Assembly (NCBI GenBank): GCA_944392185.1
Contig: CALXVW010000096.1
Coordinates: 1 to 44,568 of the forward strand
DNA: 44,568 nucleotides
Source: an uncultured Alphaproteobacteria bacterium
GTDB lineage: Bacteria > Pseudomonadota > Alphaproteobacteria > RF32 > CAG-239
Direction of reading: 5' to 3'
Both the position numbers and the translations under genes were made by a program. Positions 17,883-26,716 of this stretch are shown here, one piece after another. The notes under the pieces are model-generated. The model did no database searches. It was not told the DNA's origin and was given only the letters and a program-made list of their open reading frames with translations. The first letter of the stretch is position 1, and every line of letters starts with the position of its first letter.

Positions 17883-19458
17883 TTTTGCCACTCCGTTTGC
17901 CAAGCATCTTTATCAGTTCTCTGATATCAAAAGTACCACTTAGTTTAGCGGTTATTGCAAAAGTTGCAACACCCAAAATGCATAAAAGCGAAAACCAGCA
18001 TAGCTTGGGAAAGATAGAAAGGTTGAGCCAGTTGCCATAATGCATGTTTAGTAAAATTTCACCAAAATCGATTATTATGCCCATGACAATTGAACAAGCT
18101 AAAATTTTTGTCGTTTGTATTACAAGTTCTTTTGGGCAAGTCCAAAAACCTCTTTTTTTGAGGCCGCGAATGTATTGGCCTAATGATACAAAAGCTGCTA
18201 TTGTTGTTGCTAAGGCTATGCCTACATGTCCAAAGGGTTTCATCAAAATAACGGAAAAACATAGGTTGGTGAGCAGAACTACAATACTATATTTTACCGG
18301 TGTTTTCGTATCTCCTCTGGCAAAAAAGTTTGGCGCCAGGGCTTTGACCAAAACATAGGCCGGCAAGCCAATGGCGTAGGCAATAACAGCTTGGGCCGTC
18401 ATGTCAGTTTGAAAACTGCCGAATTTGCCGTGTTGGAAGAGGATATTAATTGTCGGTTTTGCCAGGAAAATTAAGGCAACTGCGGCCGGAATCGAGAGCA
18501 AAGCTCCATACTCCCAAGCCTTGTTTTGCACGCGGCCGGCCTCATCAACTTCTCCGGCTTTGAGGTGGTGTGAGAGAATCGGCAAAACCGCAACACCAAT
18601 GGCGGCGCCAACTACTCCTAAGGGAAGTTGTTGTAGCCTATTGGCATAATACAGCCACGATATGGCACCGGTTCCCACCAAAGAGACTAAAATGGTGTCT
18701 ACCACCATGTTGATTTGGTAAACGCCGGCTCCTAATACGCCAGGGGCAATCCTTTTAAAAAGGGTGCGAATACTGCTGTCTTTGAGCAAAGATAAAATCT
18801 TAAAATCCGGCTTTAGGTAGACTTGCTGGCGGTGCAAAAAGAACATCAGCCACAAAATTTCCAAGAATCCGGCAACGGTGACGCCGATGGCTATGCCATG
18901 CGCCGGCGTGCTGCCAAACGGTACAAAGATGAAGACGGATAAAATCATCATCACATTTAAAATAACCGGAGCCGCCGCCGGGGCTGCAAATTTGCCAAGC
19001 GCGTTCAAAATTCCGGATTGAAAAGAAACTATGGAGATAAATAATAAAAACGGAAAAGTGATCCTTGAAAGCTCGGTTGCCAGTTCTATCTTGCCGTGGT
19101 CATCAATAAATCCGGGGGCCAGAATCTGGACAACAATCGGCATTAAAACTTCCATTATAATCACAAAAAGGCTCAGGAAAAAGGCCAAAACCGATATTGC
19201 TCGGGCGGCAAAATCTATGGCGTCTTGCTTGCTGTCGGTTACCAGTTTGTGGGAGAGCATCGGCACAAAGGCTGAGGTAAAGGCACCTTCTGCAAATAAA
19301 GAGCGAAACAGGTTCGGCAGTTTGAAGGCAACAAAAAAGGCATCTGAAATCATTCCGGCGCCCAGAAAGTTGGCTAAGACCATGTCACGAAAGAATCCGG
19401 TTATGCGAGAAAGAAGCGTAAAGCTGCCGAAAGTGGCAATAGATTTGAATAAACTCAT
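17875..19458 (-). CDS. murJ: lipid II flippase MurJ
   Basis: MSLFKSIATFGSFTLLSRITGFFRDMVLANFLGAG...DAFFVAFKLPNLFRSLFAEGAF is the canonical MurJ/MviN N-terminus. 527 aa, polytopic. Confidence 0.95.
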   Translation of the reverse strand: MSLFKSIATFGSFTLLSRITGFFRDMVLANFLGAGMISDAFFVAFKLPNLFRSLFAEGAFTSAFVPMLSHKLVTDSKQDAIDFAARAISVLAFFLSLFVIIMEVLMPIVVQILAPGFIDDHGKIELATELSRITFPFLLFISIVSFQSGILNALGKFAAPAAAPVILNVMMILSVFIFVPFGSTPAHGIAIGVTVAGFLEILWLMFFLHRQQVYLKPDFKILSLLKDSSIRTLFKRIAPGVLGAGVYQINMVVDTILVSLVGTGAISWLYYANRLQQLPLGVVGAAIGVAVLPILSHHLKAGEVDEAGRVQNKAWEYGALLSIPAAVALIFLAKPTINILFQHGKFGSFQTDMTAQAVIAYAIGLPAYVLVKALAPNFFARGDTKTPVKYSIVVLLTNLCFSVILMKPFGHVGIALATTIAAFVSLGQYIRGLKKRGFWTCPKELVIQTTKILACSIVMGIIIDFGEILLNMHYGNWLNLSIFPKLCWFSLLCILGVATFAITAKLSGTFDIRELIKMLGKRSGKNA

Positions 19459-19583
19459 TATATTTTGTGGCCTAATTGGTTTATTAAGTTGATTTTAAGA
19501 GATTATAGGTTATTATTTCCAATAATGAAACACTAAATATCAACTTTTGCCTAAGTTTTTCGCCGTTTTTTGAAGTTTTTTAG

Positions 19584-19612
19584 TTGACAAAATACTTTTA
19601 AATTGCGATAAT
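19584..19612 (+). promoter_or_regulatory. candidate strong sigma70 promoter
   Basis: TTGACA (19584-19589), 17-nt spacer, GATAAT (19607-19612). Confidence 0.5.
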
Positions 19613-19650
19613 AGACAAAAGAGATGAGATTTTGTTTATGGAGAAATGTT

Positions 19651-20028
19651 ATGACTACCGTAACAGAGAGAACAGAGGGATTTATACCTCTGGGGACAGG
19701 AAAGGCTAGAGATGATGTCTTGCAAATAGACGTCAGTTCTTTGCAGCTTGCTTCTGATTATAAATCTTTTGGCAAAAATGGCTTGGCAAGTGATACGAAT
19801 GCTAGGCCAGAGCTTGGAAAAGAGTCCTTGGCTAAGGGGTTTAAGTCGTTGGGGGCAAACGGAAATACTAAGACGTTTGAGGGGTATTCTCCTCGTTTGG
19901 AAAAAGCCGCTCACGGAAAACCGTCTATGAGCGATAGAGTTACTTCTCTGATTAATGCCGTTAAGGCGCCGTTTAAGCGTGAGAAAGTTCATTTCATTAA
20001 TCCAAATAAAGGTAACAACGGACGATAA
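19651..20028 (+). CDS. hypothetical small hydrophilic protein (125 aa)
   Basis: GGAGA 6 nt before ATG 19651, with a near-consensus promoter upstream and a clean terminator downstream. No TM helix, signal peptide or recognised family. Confidence 0.6.
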   Translation: MTTVTERTEGFIPLGTGKARDDVLQIDVSSLQLASDYKSFGKNGLASDTNARPELGKESLAKGFKSLGANGNTKTFEGYSPRLEKAAHGKPSMSDRVTSLINAVKAPFKREKVHFINPNKGNNGR

Positions 20029-20061
20029 TCTTTCTTTATTTCTCCACAAACGACATGGCTT

Positions 20062-20089
20062 AAAACTCCGGAATTTTTCCGGAGTTTTT
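20062..20089 (+). terminator. intrinsic terminator
   Basis: aaaactccgga / tccggagtttt 11-bp stem with a T-run. Confidence 0.85.
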
Positions 20090-20166
20090 CATTGAATTTT
20101 AATCTTTTGGTGCTATACATCAACGCAGTTATTAATTAAATACAAACAATTTAAATATTATAGGAT

Positions 20167-20460
20167 ATGGAGTTTATTTTACCTCAGCCCAAAGAACTCA
20201 TAGTGGTTGTTTTGTTGGCCGTATTTATGCTTTTCCATTTTGAAAGGCGGTTGCGCATTTTAGAACATCGGTTCCGTGTGCAAAAGGCGCATACGTTTGT
20301 GGTGGCGTTGGTTATGGTTTTGCCGCTCTTTTTTGTCCACTGGCAAACCGAAGATGAGTTGATGCTGGTTTCTCAACTTATGAGTTATGCTCTTGCTGTT
20401 GGGGTTTGCTCTCTTTTCGGAATGATTTCCGCACCTGAGAGTAAGGACTCTAAAATTTGA
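20167..20460 (+). CDS. hypothetical small membrane protein (97 aa, ~3 TM)
   Basis: Hydrophobic segments LIVVVLLAVFMLF, VVALVMVLPLFFV and ALAVGVCSLFGMI. Followed directly by a terminator. Confidence 0.5.
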   Translation: MEFILPQPKELIVVVLLAVFMLFHFERRLRILEHRFRVQKAHTFVVALVMVLPLFFVHWQTEDELMLVSQLMSYALAVGVCSLFGMISAPESKDSKI

Positions 20461-20465
20461 AGATG

Positions 20466-20499
20466 AAAAACCCTCGATATTTTCGTATCGAGGGTTTTT
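20466..20499. terminator. bidirectional intrinsic terminator (ORF 20167 / typA)
   Basis: aaaaaccctcgata / tatcgagggttttt 14-bp stem with T-runs on both strands. Confidence 0.9.
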
Positions 20500-20509
20500 C
20501 TTTTGTCTC

Positions 20510-22327
20510 TTACAAATCACCGGGTTTTTGACGGCGACGGGCTATCGGATCCAAAATCCGTTTGCGCAGGCGCAAAGTCTTAGGTGTAACCTCTAAGAGC
20601 TCATCTTCTTGAATGTAAGACAAGCCTTGTTCCAAAGTCAGTTTGCGAGGTGGAACCAAATCTATGGCTTCATCCTTGCCGGCTGCACGGATGTTGGTCA
20701 GCTGTTTGGCTTTACAAGGGTTGACCTCCAAGTCATTGGGCTTGGTGTGCTCGCCGATAATCATTCCGGTATAGACCGGAACACCCGGGTCAATAAACAT
20801 GGGGCCGCGCTCTTGCAATTTCCATAAAGAATAAGCAATGGCTGTGCCGGTTTCTGAGGAAATCAGAACTCCGTTGCGGCGGCTGTCAATCTCTCCTTTG
20901 TAGGGTTCATAACATTTGAACAGTCTGTTCATAACGCCGGTGCCACGGGTGTCGGTTAAAAATTCAGAATGGTAACCAATCAGACCGCGTGAGGGAGCAT
21001 TGAAAATCAGGCGGACTTTGTTGCCTACCTGAGAAGGAATCATATCTACCATTTCAGATCTTCTTTGGCCTAATTTCTCAACTACGGCGCCGGAAAACTC
21101 TTCATCAACATCAACAACAACTTCTTCTATCGGCTCCAAAAGTTGGCCGTTTTCATCTTTTTTCATCAATACACGCGGACGGGAGATGGAGAGCTCGAAG
21201 CCTTCTCTGCGCATGGTTTCAATCAGTACGCCCAATTGTAATTCTCCACGGCCGGCGACTTCAAACGAATCGCTGCTGTCGGTGCGGGAGATCTTGAGGG
21301 CAATGTTGCCTTCGGCCTCTTTGCACAAACGGTCCCAAATCATACGCGAGGTAACCTTGTCTCCCTCGCGGCCGGCCAAGGGAGAATCGTTGATTGAAAA
21401 AGTCATGGCCAATGTCGGCGGGTCTATCGGCTGAGCTTTGATGGCTTCATTGACTTCAAAGGCACACAAAGTATCTGCAACCGTGCCTTTAACAACACCG
21501 GCAACCGCCACAATATCTCCGGCATGAGCCTCGTTTAAAGCCTCTCGGTTGAGCCCGCGGTAAGCCAAAATCTTGCTGATGCGGACACGCTCAATTTCGT
21601 TGTTTTTACCATCCAAAACTTTTACCGTATCATTCAAATGCAAGGTGCCTGATTGAATCTTTCCGGTTAGCAAACGGCCGATGAATTTGTCGGATTCCAA
21701 AGTGGTGGCCAACATTGAAAACGGTTTGTCAGGCTCGCAGGCAGGTTCGGGAACATAAGACAAAATCAGCTCAAACAAGGGGCTTAAATCTTTTTTCTCA
21801 TCTTCTAATTCTTTAACCGCCCAACCGTTGCGCCCAGAGGCGTAAAGAACCGGAAAGTCAAGCTGTTTGTCATTGGCATTTAAGCTGACAAAAAGATCAA
21901 AAACCTCGTCTAATACCTCATCACAGCGGGCATCGGCTTTGTCGGCTTTGTTGATAACCACAATCGGGCAGAGACCTAGTTTTAAGGCTTTACCCAGCAC
22001 AAACTTGGTTTGCGGCATTGGGCCTTCAGAAGAATCGACCAGCAAAACAACACCGTCAACCATGGAGAGAATGCGCTCAACCTCGCCGCCAAAGTCAGCG
22101 TGGCCCGGGGTGTCCACAATATTAATATGAGTACCGTTCCAGTTAACGGAAGTGCATTTTGAAAGGATGGTAATGCCGCGTTCTCTTTCCAGCTCGTTGC
22201 TGTCCATAACGCAGGTTTCTACCTTTTGGTTATCGCGGAAGGTGCCGCTTTGTTTTAAGAGCCCATCAACCAGTGTGGTCTTGCCGTGGTCAACGTGAGC
22301 TATTATGGCAATATTTCTCATATTCAT
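20510..22327 (-). CDS. typA: translational GTPase TypA/BipA
   Basis: [21 protein letters not shown]...[12 protein letters not shown]...NKADK. 605 aa from ATG 22327; the track's 22396 start adds an implausible N-extension. Confidence 0.95.
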   Translation of the reverse strand: MNMRNIAIIAHVDHGKTTLVDGLLKQSGTFRDNQKVETCVMDSNELERERGITILSKCTSVNWNGTHINIVDTPGHADFGGEVERILSMVDGVVLLVDSSEGPMPQTKFVLGKALKLGLCPIVVINKADKADARCDEVLDEVFDLFVSLNANDKQLDFPVLYASGRNGWAVKELEDEKKDLSPLFELILSYVPEPACEPDKPFSMLATTLESDKFIGRLLTGKIQSGTLHLNDTVKVLDGKNNEIERVRISKILAYRGLNREALNEAHAGDIVAVAGVVKGTVADTLCAFEVNEAIKAQPIDPPTLAMTFSINDSPLAGREGDKVTSRMIWDRLCKEAEGNIALKISRTDSSDSFEVAGRGELQLGVLIETMRREGFELSISRPRVLMKKDENGQLLEPIEEVVVDVDEEFSGAVVEKLGQRRSEMVDMIPSQVGNKVRLIFNAPSRGLIGYHSEFLTDTRGTGVMNRLFKCYEPYKGEIDSRRNGVLISSETGTAIAYSLWKLQERGPMFIDPGVPVYTGMIIGEHTKPNDLEVNPCKAKQLTNIRAAGKDEAIDLVPPRKLTLEQGLSYIQEDELLEVTPKTLRLRKRILDPIARRRQKPGDL

Positions 22328-22357
22328 CTTCGTTTTCTTCCCTAAATGGTCGTCATT

Positions 22358-22452
22358 GAAGCAAATTTGTTTCCTCGTGTACCTCTTTTTGTACACGTCG
22401 TCAACAAATTTACTTCCAGCACGGCTATTTATGAAAGAAAACGCCGTGCTTT
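22358..22452 (-). promoter_or_regulatory. two hairpins in the putative typA 5' leader
   Basis: Hairpin 1 (22358-22416) has a 14-bp outer stem (1 mismatch) plus a 7-bp inner stem cgtgtac/gtacacg. Hairpin 2 (22418-22450) is agcacggc/gccgtgct. Neither has a U-tract on the minus strand. Confidence 0.35.
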
Positions 22453-22482
22453 TATAAGCCTTTAATTTTGTAAATTCGCCTT

Positions 22483-22510
22483 ACAATACACTTTTAAAAT
22501 TAAATTTCAA
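22483..22510 (-). promoter_or_regulatory. candidate sigma70 promoter for typA
   Basis: On the minus strand: TTGAAA (22510-22505), 16-nt spacer, TATTGT (22488-22483). Confidence 0.3.
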
Positions 22511-22536
22511 TAATCTAATGAAATTTTTTTATAAGC

Positions 22537-23553
22537 TTACGCCTTTTTACCGTAAGACAGCAACTTATTGCGAACCAAGCCGCGCAAAGAAACCTCCGGT
22601 CTGGCACCGTAGTGGGTGATGATTTCCGCGGCAACAATAGAACCTATCATGGCACAGGTGCCGAGACTGCGTTCCTGGGTCATACCAAATAAAAAGCCTG
22701 CCGCATATAAATCTCCGGCACCGGTGGTGTCAACAACGTTGTCAACAACCTCGGCTTCAACAAAGGTTTTGGTGCGTCCGTTGACAACTACCGAGCCCTT
22801 GATTCCTCTGGTGATGGCTGCAATTTCTACATGCGGTTTGATTAAATCCAAGCTCTTATAAAAATCATCTTCCGCAAATAACGCTTTTATCTCTTCCTCA
22901 TTGGCAAAAAGAACATCAACATATTCTTTGACAAAGTTGAAAATCTCTTTCCGATTGCGGGTGATGCAAGTGGTGTCTGATAAGGTAAAGGCAACTTTGC
23001 GTCCATGTTTGTGTGCTAATTGACACGCTTTTATCAAAGCGCCCTGGCAGCAGTCCGTGTCCCACAGATATCCTTCAATATAGGTGATTTTGCCGGCTTG
23101 AATGATCTCTTCATCAATATCTTCTTCCGTTAAATGCGTGGCCGCTCCCAGATAGGTGAACATTGAGCGCTCGGCATCAGGCGTGACTAAAACGACACTG
23201 CGCCCCGTAACCGGTCCCTCGTTTAAGGGAATCGTGAAGAAATCTACACCGGCAGCGCCAATATCACGCGTGAATTCTTGCCCCAGCTCATCATCATGAA
23301 TCTTGCCGATGAAGGCAGGCGTGCCGCCCAGAGAGGCAATGCCTGCAACCGTGTTGGCTGCAGAACCGCCCGGAACTTCGCGCTCAGGTACAATATCTGC
23401 GTAAATCTTGCCTGCGGTTTTGGCGTCCATTAGGGTCATGCAGCCCTTGGGCAGATTTCTCTCTTTTAGGAAACCGTCGCCGACTTTGGCTAACACGTCT
23501 ACAATTGCGTTGCCGATACCAACAATGTCATAATATATTTCTGCCTTGCTCAT
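22537..23553 (-). CDS. adenosine kinase (PfkB-family carbohydrate/nucleoside kinase)
   Basis: YDIVGIGNAIVDVLA...GGSAANTVAGIASLGG...DTTGAGDLYAAGFLFG. Start taken at ATG 23553 (MSKAEI...). Confidence 0.8.
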   Translation of the reverse strand: MSKAEIYYDIVGIGNAIVDVLAKVGDGFLKERNLPKGCMTLMDAKTAGKIYADIVPEREVPGGSAANTVAGIASLGGTPAFIGKIHDDELGQEFTRDIGAAGVDFFTIPLNEGPVTGRSVVLVTPDAERSMFTYLGAATHLTEEDIDEEIIQAGKITYIEGYLWDTDCCQGALIKACQLAHKHGRKVAFTLSDTTCITRNRKEIFNFVKEYVDVLFANEEEIKALFAEDDFYKSLDLIKPHVEIAAITRGIKGSVVVNGRTKTFVEAEVVDNVVDTTGAGDLYAAGFLFGMTQERSLGTCAMIGSIVAAEIITHYGARPEVSLRGLVRNKLLSYGKKA

Positions 23554-23625
23554 TTTTGTTCTTTTTTTCCTTAAAACCAAAACTCTAAATTAAGCTCAAA
23601 TCTAACGGATATTTTTTTTATTTGC

Positions 23626-23657
23626 AATAAAAAAGCTCCCGCCAAAGCGAGAGCTTT
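23626..23657 (-). terminator. intrinsic terminator of the ferredoxin gene
   Basis: aaagctc / gagcttt stem extended by cgc/gcg. On the minus strand it is followed by TTTTATT. Confidence 0.6.
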
Positions 23658-23678
23658 GAAATTTTCAAGCTTGAAAAA

Positions 23679-23918
23679 TTATTCGTTGGCATTCGGCCAA
23701 TTTTTTGCGTTTTCAGCGTTGAATTTAATCCATTTCTCATCAGCTTCATCTTCAGAAGTGATGGCTTCTTGCGGGCATTCAGAAATGCAAACACCGCAAT
23801 CAATGCAGGTATCGGGATCAACAACCAATTGGGTCTCACCCTCGTGGAAAGCATCTACCGGGCATACATCAGCACAAGATTTGCATTTTACGCAAGCGTC
23901 ATTTACTACAGATACCAT
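23679..23918 (-). CDS. 2x[4Fe-4S] ferredoxin
   Basis: Two CxxCxxCxxxCP motifs ([12 protein letters not shown] and [12 protein letters not shown]). 79 aa. Confidence 0.9.
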   Translation of the reverse strand: MVSVVNDACVKCKSCADVCPVDAFHEGETQLVVDPDTCIDCGVCISECPQEAITSEDEADEKWIKFNAENAKNWPNANE

Positions 23919-23995
23919 TCATTTAACTCCATGGTTGGTTATTTTGAAAAATCAAAACCAACTTTAGCTAATTTCTCAAATAAATCAAGCATAAT

Positions 23996-24024
23996 CTTGC
24001 AAATGCAAAAAATAGTCCCTACAT
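23996..24024 (+). promoter_or_regulatory. candidate RpoH (sigma32)-type promoter of htpG
   Basis: CTTG (23996-23999), N18, CCTACAT (24018-24024). Same architecture as upstream of groES. Confidence 0.4.
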
Positions 24025-24058
24025 AGATATCAGAATTTATGTTTTGTGGGAGATTGAA

Positions 24059-25885
24059 ATGTCAGATAAAATGTCTTTTCAGGCTGATGTCAGCAAAATG
24101 CTCAATATTGTGGTTAACTCTCTTTATTCGGAAAAACAGATATTTTTGAGAGAGCTTATCTCAAACGCATCAGATGCTTGCGATAAACTCAAATATTTGG
24201 CGCTGACAAACCCTGGAATCGCTAAAGAATCCGGACAGATGAAAATTAAAATAACGCCTGATGCCGCTTCTAATACCTTAACCATCTCCGATAACGGAAT
24301 CGGCATGAATAAGGAAGATTTAATCAATCACTTAGGAACGATTGCCAAATCAGGCACGGCTGAGTTTGTTAAAAATGTTGCCGAAAACGGCTCCGCTGTT
24401 GAACTTATTGGTCAATTCGGCGTTGGGTTTTATGCCGCATTTATGGTGGCCGACAAAGTTGAAATCACTACCCGCAAGGCAGGGGAGGATGAGGCTTGGA
24501 AGTGGACCTCAAACGGGGTGGACGGTTTTGAGATTTCTGCCGCCAAAAGAGAATCGAACGGCACAGACATCAAGTTGTTCCTGAAAGCTGATGCCAAAGA
24601 CTATGTTGATACAATTTATCTACGCCAAATTATTCGCACTTATTCCGACCATATCGACTATCCGATTGTGCTTGATTTGGGCAAGGCTGGAGAAGAAACG
24701 GTTAATACCGCCTCTGCCTTGTGGACACGTCATAAATCCGAAATCACCAAGGATCAGTACAAAGAGTTTTATCATCATATCTCTCATAATTTCGATGATC
24801 CGTGGCTCACCCTCCATTTTAAAGCCGAGGGTAATATTGAATATACGGGGTTGCTTTTTGTACCTTCTGCAGCTCCTTATGACTTGTTTCAGCCCGATCG
24901 CAAAAACAGTCTGAAGCTCTATGTCAACAAGGTGTTTATCTCTGATAAAATTGAGGAGTTGATGCCAAATTATCTGCGCTTTGTTAAAGGTGTGATTGAT
25001 TCGGCTGATTTGCAACTCAATATTTCAAGAGAAATGCTGCAACATTCTCCTTTGATTGAAAAAATCAAACATGGTGTGGGTTCAAGAATCCTCAAGGAAC
25101 TTAAAAAACGCACCAAAGATTATGATGATTATATGACGTTTTGGAAAAACTTCGGAATCGTCTTGAAAGAGGGAATCTATGAAGACTTTTCAAACCGTGA
25201 GGAAATTGCCGGATTATCTTATTTCTCTTCTACTTTCAGCGATGATAAGCTGACAACTTTGGATGAGTATATTTCCAGAGCCAAAGACGGGCAAAAGGCC
25301 ATCTACTATATTACCGGTGATGATGTTAAGGTTTTGAAAAATAATCCGCAACTGGAGGCTTTCTTTGAAAAAGGAATCGAGGTCTTGCTTCTGACAGACC
25401 CGATAGATGAGTTTTGGCCGCAGGTGCTGCCAAACTATAAAGGCTTTGCCGTAAAGCATATTACGCAGGCAGAGGCCGATATGGGGTGGAAACGTGAGGA
25501 AGCAAAAGCCGACGAGGGGAGCTTAAAAAAGCTCACCGACCTTATGAGCGAGATGTTTAAAAACGAGTTGGGCAAAGTTACCACAACCGAAAAACTCACC
25601 AAATCTCCCGTCAGCCTGACGGTTGAAAACGGACAGATGAGCCTGCACTTGGAGCGGTTGATGCGCAACCACCAGCAGCAAACCGCCTTTGCCAGCACCA
25701 GAATCTTGGAGCTCAACCCATATCATCCGTTGATTATTAAATTGGCAGACATGAGCATGGATGAAAGCAAACGCGCACAAGTGGAAGAGGTGGCAAAGCT
25801 GTTGCTGGATCAAGCCAAAATCGCCGAAGGAGAAGCGGTCAGCGATCCTTCCTTCTTTAGAGACAAGATGAGCGACTTTAATTAG
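24059..25885 (+). CDS. htpG: molecular chaperone HtpG (Hsp90)
   Basis: FQADVSKMLNIVVNSLYSEKQIFLRELISNASDACDKL...GQFGVGFYAAFMVADKV. GGGAG precedes ATG 24059. Confidence 0.97.
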   Translation: MSDKMSFQADVSKMLNIVVNSLYSEKQIFLRELISNASDACDKLKYLALTNPGIAKESGQMKIKITPDAASNTLTISDNGIGMNKEDLINHLGTIAKSGTAEFVKNVAENGSAVELIGQFGVGFYAAFMVADKVEITTRKAGEDEAWKWTSNGVDGFEISAAKRESNGTDIKLFLKADAKDYVDTIYLRQIIRTYSDHIDYPIVLDLGKAGEETVNTASALWTRHKSEITKDQYKEFYHHISHNFDDPWLTLHFKAEGNIEYTGLLFVPSAAPYDLFQPDRKNSLKLYVNKVFISDKIEELMPNYLRFVKGVIDSADLQLNISREMLQHSPLIEKIKHGVGSRILKELKKRTKDYDDYMTFWKNFGIVLKEGIYEDFSNREEIAGLSYFSSTFSDDKLTTLDEYISRAKDGQKAIYYITGDDVKVLKNNPQLEAFFEKGIEVLLLTDPIDEFWPQVLPNYKGFAVKHITQAEADMGWKREEAKADEGSLKKLTDLMSEMFKNELGKVTTTEKLTKSPVSLTVENGQMSLHLERLMRNHQQQTAFASTRILELNPYHPLIIKLADMSMDESKRAQVEEVAKLLLDQAKIAEGEAVSDPSFFRDKMSDFN

Positions 25886-25911
25886 AAATCGCTCTAATCT
25901 CTAAAGAAGAC

Positions 25912-25938
25912 GGCCGCTTGTTTAAGCGGTCTTTTTTT
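25912..25938 (+). terminator. intrinsic terminator after htpG
   Basis: ggccgctt / aagcggtc stem, loop gttt, then T7. Confidence 0.75.
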
Positions 25939-26006
25939 GTACGGGAGTTAATTAAATTTTATTTATTTTGAAATATCTTTTCTTATTATTTGAGGAGGAT
26001 TTTTCA

Positions 26007-26678
26007 ATGCTTTATTATGTTTTTGCCGGTTTTGTTTTTGGGGGACTTATTCCCTATATGGCCAGGCGGTTTGCCAAATTTATGCCGGCAACCCCTGCGT
26101 ATGCCTTGTGCCAGCTATTTCGGCCGGGGCAAAGCGCCAAGAAACAAAACGATCTCTATAAAAAACTTGCCAAAACCTATTATTGGCGCTCTTTTGTGGC
26201 CGCTTTATTTACGGCTTGTTTGACATATGCTTATTATTGGCGGTTCGGAGCGGAGAATTTTGGCTGGAGTGTCTTTTATCTGTGGACTTTGTTGCTGTTG
26301 GCCGAAATTGATTGGCGGATGTTTTTGCTGCCTGATATTTTGACGGTTCCGTTACTTATCGGTGGTTTTGCTTGCGCCGCCTGGGGGCATGGCTGGGTTA
26401 TCGGTGCCGAGAGTGCTTTGGGTGCGGTTGCCGGCTATTTGTTGCCGGTTTTGGTGAGCTTGCTGTTGGTGTGGAAAAACAAGGATGCTTTTGGCGGCGG
26501 TGATATCAAACTTTTGGCGGCAATCGGTGCTTGGCTGGGTTTTGAACTTTTGCTTTATGTTGTTGCTGCGGCCTCTGTTTTGATGCTTGTTTATACCTTG
26601 CTGCGGCAGCAGAAATCAGTTGCCTTTGGCCCGGCATTATCGCTTGCGGCGATAATTGTTGCATTCCTGTTTTTTTAG
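26007..26678 (+). CDS. A24-family (prepilin peptidase-like) aspartic membrane protease
   Basis: AEIDWRMFLLPD and FGGGDIKLLAAIGAWLG carry the two catalytic Asp motifs. GAGGAGGA precedes ATG 26007. No N-terminal Cys-rich methyltransferase region. Confidence 0.8.
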   Translation: MLYYVFAGFVFGGLIPYMARRFAKFMPATPAYALCQLFRPGQSAKKQNDLYKKLAKTYYWRSFVAALFTACLTYAYYWRFGAENFGWSVFYLWTLLLLAEIDWRMFLLPDILTVPLLIGGFACAAWGHGWVIGAESALGAVAGYLLPVLVSLLLVWKNKDAFGGGDIKLLAAIGAWLGFELLLYVVAAASVLMLVYTLLRQQKSVAFGPALSLAAIIVAFLFF

Positions 26679-26716
26679 GCTAAAATAAAAACAGTTTTTT
26701 GTGAGGGGTAAAACTT

